Origin: an uncultured bacterium
GTDB taxonomy: Bacteria; Acidobacteriota; Thermoanaerobaculia; Multivoradales; JAHZIX01
DNA: 64,000 nucleotides
Direction: 5' to 3'
Assembly (NCBI GenBank): GCA_965368975.1
Contig: CBDUPA010000013.1
Location: 128,001-192,000, forward strand
Shown: piece by piece, positions 60,350 through 64,000 of the stretch
Layout of the letters: each line of letters opens with the position of its first letter
How positions within the stretch are numbered: the stretch's first letter is position 1
Translations under genes and position numbers: made by a program
The notes under the pieces: model-generated
What the model was told of the DNA's origin: nothing
Seen by the model: the letters and a program-made list of their open reading frames with translations, nothing else
Database searches by the model: none

Positions 60350-63300
60350 ATGCGTGCTGCCTCGCCCTCGTCGCTGCTTGCCCCTACCCTGCTTGCCCCT
60401 GCGCTGCTAGCCCCGACTCTGCGGGTTGGCCTTCTGGCCGCGGCGCTCACCTTGGTGCCACTAACGCACGCTGAGGCTCAGGTACCCACGGGGGCGACGT
60501 CGACCGCCGGTACTCTCGCCTTCGACCCCGACAGCTTTGGCGGCTTCGACCGCGGCGGGTTGCACTGGCGTCACGTGGGTCCGTTCCGTGGCGGTCGCTC
60601 GACGGCGGCAACGGGCATTCCTGGCGATCCGAACACCTACTACTTCGGTGCCACCGGTGGTGGTGTGTGGAAGACGACGGACGCGGGGCGCAACTGGCGC
60701 AATGTGTCGGACGGCTTCTTCGGCGGCTCGATCGGTGCCGTCGCGGTGAGCAGCTGGGATCCGAACGTGATCTATGTCGGCGGCGGTGAGAAGTCGATGC
60801 GCGGCAACGTGTCCCACGGTTCAGGCATGTGGAAGTCGACCGACGCCGGGGCTACCTGGACCTCGATCGGCCTCACGGACGCGCACCACATCCCGCGCGT
60901 GCGCATCCACCCGCGCAATCCAGACCTGGTCTACGCCGCCTTGCTCGGCCGGCTGTATGGGTCGAGCGACACGCGCGGCGTCTACCGGTCGAAGGACGGT
61001 GGCACGACCTGGCAGCGTATCTTGTTCTCCAACGCAGACGCCGGCGCCTACGAGTTGGTGATGGACCCGAACAACCCGCGGCGCCTGTTCGCCACCTTCT
61101 GGCGCGTGCGCCGGACGCCGTTCAGCCTGTCGAGCGGAGGCGAGGGCTCGGGCATCTGGCGCTCGACCGACGGCGGCGACACGTGGGAAGAGCTGAGTTC
61201 CAACAAGGGACTGCCCGAGGAGCCGCTGGGCATCATCGGCCTGGACGTCTCCCCGGCCGATCCGAACGTGGTCTACGCGATCGTCGAAGCCGGTGAGGGC
61301 GGGCTGTACCGCTCGGACGACGGCGGCGACACCTGGCGCCGCACGTCGGACAGCGCCTCGATCCGCCAGCGTGCCTGGTACTTTTCGCGCGTGGCGGCGG
61401 ACCCGCACGACCCGAACACCATCTGGGTGCTCAACGTGCAGTTGCACGTGTCGCGCGACGGCGGACGCAGCTTCCGCACCGTCTCGACGCCACACGGCGA
61501 TTACCACGATCACTGGATTGCCCCCGAGGATCCGCGGCGCATGATCTCGGCCAACGACGGTGGTGCCTGCATCAGCTTCGACGGCGGTGCGACCTGGTCG
61601 ACGCAAGAAAACCAGCCGACGGTGCAGTTCTACCGCCTGCACGTCGACAACCAGGTGCCCTACCGGCTCTACGGTGCGCAGCAGGACAACAGCACCTTGC
61701 GCATCGCCTCGCGCGGTCGCGGTGCCGGCATCACACGCCAGGATTGGCAGATCACCGCGGGGGGCGAGAGCGGTTTCGTCGTGCCCGATCCGGACGACGC
61801 CGAGGTCGTCTACGGCGGCTCCTACGGTGGCTTCCTGTCGCGTCTCGACCACCGCACCGGCCACGAACAAGTGATCAGCGTCTGGCCGGAGAACCCGATG
61901 GGAGCCGCGGCCGGCGATCTGACCTATCGCTTCCAGTGGAACTTCCCGATCTTCTTCTCGCCGCACGACGCGGACAAGCTCTACGCCGCCGCCAACGTGC
62001 TGTTCATGAGCACCGATGAAGGACGCAGCTGGTCGGCGGTCAGCCCCGACCTGACGCGCGCAGATCCAGCGACGCTGGGAGCCTCCGGCGGTCCGATCAC
62101 CAAGGACAACACCAGCGTCGAGTACTACGGCACCATCTTCGCCGCGCTCGAGTCGCCGCACGAGGCTGGCGTGCTGTGGACCGGCTCGGACGATGGCTTG
62201 CTACAGGTCTCGCGCGACTTCGGCGCGACCTGGAACGATGTCACGCCGGCCAACTTGCTGCCGCGCAACGTCATGATCAACAGCCTGGAGTCGCACCCGA
62301 GCGAATCGGGAGGCCTCTACGTCGCTGCCACCGCGTACAAGAGCAACGACTTCCGTCCCTACCTGCTCAAAACCACCGACTACGGCGCCACCTGGACCAC
62401 GATCACGCGCGGCATCCCAGACGACCACTTCACCCGCGTCATCCGCGCCGATCCCGAGCGTCCGGGCCTGCTGTTCGCCGGCACGGAGGCGGGCGTCTAC
62501 GTCTCGTTCGACGATGGCGCACGCTGGCAGTCGCTGCAGCTGGACTTGCCGATCGTGCCGATCACGGACATGGCGGTCACGTCAGCGCCCGGGCAGAACG
62601 GCGACCTGGTGGTGGCGACGCAGGGTCGTGGCTTCTGGATCCTCGACGACCTCAGCCCACTGCGCCAGTTGACGCCGGCAGTCCTGGCCAAGGATGTGCA
62701 CCTGTTCACGCCGCGACCGGCGCTACGCTGGATCGCCCCCGGCTCGCCGACGCCGGACGGCAGCGCCCGCGGCGAGAACGGACCCGCGGGTGCCGAGATC
62801 CACTTCTACCTCAGCCAGACGGCGCTCGAGAGCGGCGCCGACGGCACGACTCCCGAAGTGCGCATCGAGATCCTGGAAGGCAACGGCACCGTCGTGCACA
62901 GCTTCTCGAGCGTCGAGGCGGAGCGCGACGAGAGTGTCACCCCCTCGATTCCCGATCCTGGTCAGCCGCCGCTCGTCCCCACCGAGCCGGGGCTGAACCG
63001 CTTCGTCTGGGATCTGCACTACCCGGGCTATGCGTTGCTCCCCGGCATGGTGCTGTGGGGTGCCGAGACTGCAGGTCCTATGGCGCTGCCGGGGGACTAC
63101 CTGGTGCGTTTGAGCGTCGGTGAGACGTCGACCACGGCGCAGCTGAGGATCGATCCCGACCCGCGCCTGGACGTCACGCCGGAAGCCCTGCGTGACCAGT
63201 TCGCCTTCCTGATCGAGGTGCGCGACAAGCTCGACGAGACGCACGACGCCATCGCCCACCTGCGCGCCACACGGGAGCAAATCGACGGCTTGCTCGGACG

Positions 63301-63664
63301 CTTGGACTCGGAGGGCGCGGGCCCTGATGCAGGCACCCTGCAGGGGCTGCGCGCGTCAGGCGAGACCCTGGTCGAGCGCCTGAGCGCGATCGAAGAAGCG
63401 CTCTACCAGACCCAGAACCGCAGCGTCCAGGATCCACTCAACTACCCGATCCGGCTCACCAACAAGCTGGCCAGTCTGGCCAGTGGCGTCGCCCGTGGTC
63501 ACCACCGACCGACGGCGCAGGCTGTGTTGGTCAAGGATCGCCTCAGCACCGCGATCCAAGCCCAGTTGAACGCGCTGCAGCAGGTGCTCGACACCGACCT
63601 GCCGGCCTTCAACCAGCAGATCCGCGATGCGCGCGTGCCGGCGATTCTCTCGACCTCCCGTTGA
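60350..63664 (+). CDS. VPS10/sortilin-like BNR-repeat beta-propeller (glycosyl hydrolase-like) secreted protein
   Basis: WRHVGPFRGGRS; many SxDGGxTW Asp-box repeats; ANDGG, QFY, QDN, RFQWNFP; CAGGAG RBS before ATG 60350. Confidence 0.88.
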   Translation: MRAASPSSLLAPTLLAPALLAPTLRVGLLAAALTLVPLTHAEAQVPTGATSTAGTLAFDPDSFGGFDRGGLHWRHVGPFRGGRSTAATGIPGDPNTYYFGATGGGVWKTTDAGRNWRNVSDGFFGGSIGAVAVSSWDPNVIYVGGGEKSMRGNVSHGSGMWKSTDAGATWTSIGLTDAHHIPRVRIHPRNPDLVYAALLGRLYGSSDTRGVYRSKDGGTTWQRILFSNADAGAYELVMDPNNPRRLFATFWRVRRTPFSLSSGGEGSGIWRSTDGGDTWEELSSNKGLPEEPLGIIGLDVSPADPNVVYAIVEAGEGGLYRSDDGGDTWRRTSDSASIRQRAWYFSRVAADPHDPNTIWVLNVQLHVSRDGGRSFRTVSTPHGDYHDHWIAPEDPRRMISANDGGACISFDGGATWSTQENQPTVQFYRLHVDNQVPYRLYGAQQDNSTLRIASRGRGAGITRQDWQITAGGESGFVVPDPDDAEVVYGGSYGGFLSRLDHRTGHEQVISVWPENPMGAAAGDLTYRFQWNFPIFFSPHDADKLYAAANVLFMSTDEGRSWSAVSPDLTRADPATLGASGGPITKDNTSVEYYGTIFAALESPHEAGVLWTGSDDGLLQVSRDFGATWNDVTPANLLPRNVMINSLESHPSESGGLYVAATAYKSNDFRPYLLKTTDYGATWTTITRGIPDDHFTRVIRADPERPGLLFAGTEAGVYVSFDDGARWQSLQLDLPIVPITDMAVTSAPGQNGDLVVATQGRGFWILDDLSPLRQLTPAVLAKDVHLFTPRPALRWIAPGSPTPDGSARGENGPAGAEIHFYLSQTALESGADGTTPEVRIEILEGNGTVVHSFSSVEAERDESVTPSIPDPGQPPLVPTEPGLNRFVWDLHYPGYALLPGMVLWGAETAGPMALPGDYLVRLSVGETSTTAQLRIDPDPRLDVTPEALRDQFAFLIEVRDKLDETHDAIAHLRATREQIDGLLGRLDSEGAGPDAGTLQGLRASGETLVERLSAIEEALYQTQNRSVQDPLNYPIRLTNKLASLASGVARGHHRPTAQAVLVKDRLSTAIQAQLNALQQVLDTDLPAFNQQIRDARVPAILSTSR

Positions 63665-63763
63665 CGAGACGCCCGTTGAACTAGCTGCCCCAGAGAAGCA
63701 AGAGATCGATCCAGAGAGAAACTGGCAGCGCTACCGCTCTCGACCCGCTGTCATGGAGACCTC

Positions 63764-64000
63764 ATGACCACCACCCCCGACTCCCCTACCGTCGCACCTG
63801 ACGTCGCACCCAACGTCGCATTGGCTCGACTGCAGCCCACCGGCTGGGACCTTTCCGACCTCCTGCCCAACCCGCAGGCCGGCCTCGATCTACTGCACGA
63901 GCTGCGCGAGCGCGTCGCAGCTTTCGAGGCCCGGCGCCCCGAGCTGCAGCCGGAGATGGAGCCGGGCCACCTGCTCGACCTGCTGCGCGAGTATGAGCAG
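63764..64000 (+). CDS. Probable M3 oligoendopeptidase (PepF-like), 5' fragment only
   Basis: GGAG RBS; reading frame open to the window end; contains WDLSDLL, typical of the PepF N-terminus. Confidence 0.55.
   Translation, partial: MTTTPDSPTVAPDVAPNVALARLQPTGWDLSDLLPNPQAGLDLLHELRERVAAFEARRPELQPEMEPGHLLDLLREYEQ

Noticed and set aside
60370-60420. Short 15-nt (LLAPT-like) repeats in the signal region, and 12-nt repeats near 63790
   Set aside because: Ordinary slippage repeats in low-complexity N-termini.
60350-63664. VPS10/BNR protein as part of the RiPP cluster
   Set aside because: A common, widely scattered family with its own RBS; nothing in the sequence ties it to peptide maturation.

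Overview
GC-rich bacterial chromosomal window. Gene content and style suggest Acidobacteriota/Thermoanaerobaculia, which is inference only. The left part is housekeeping: methylmalonyl-CoA mutase subunits, two acyl-CoA dehydrogenases, a sigma-54 regulator, DegP, and the rimP-nusA-infB-DUF503-rbfA-nrnA-truB-rpsO-pnp-Nif3 cluster with a rimP leader hairpin. The middle holds an outer-membrane barrel protein, a frameshifted SEFIR-kinase remnant, an AAA_14/DUF4143 ATPase, CRTAC1+TPR, RimK+AstE, a sulfatase-like protein, three AIM24 paralogs with an M48 protease, thiE-lspA-rluD, a DsbA-family protein and a stand-alone dnaE2. The right part has two notable accessory loci. (1) A lower-GC five-gene Trypco2 / trypsin-VMAP / MoxR / vWA-FGE-FGE / FGE conflict operon (48265-55466); one of its FGE domains has a DGR variable-region-like codon pattern. 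(2) A 59-aa class-I-lanthipeptide-like precursor absent from the ORF track (58196-58375), followed by a stand-alone LanC-like protein with all three zinc ligands substituted and no LanB in the window, then a 10-Cys secreted protein. Locus 2 is the best candidate for an undescribed system. All calls come from reading motifs by eye; no database searches were run.
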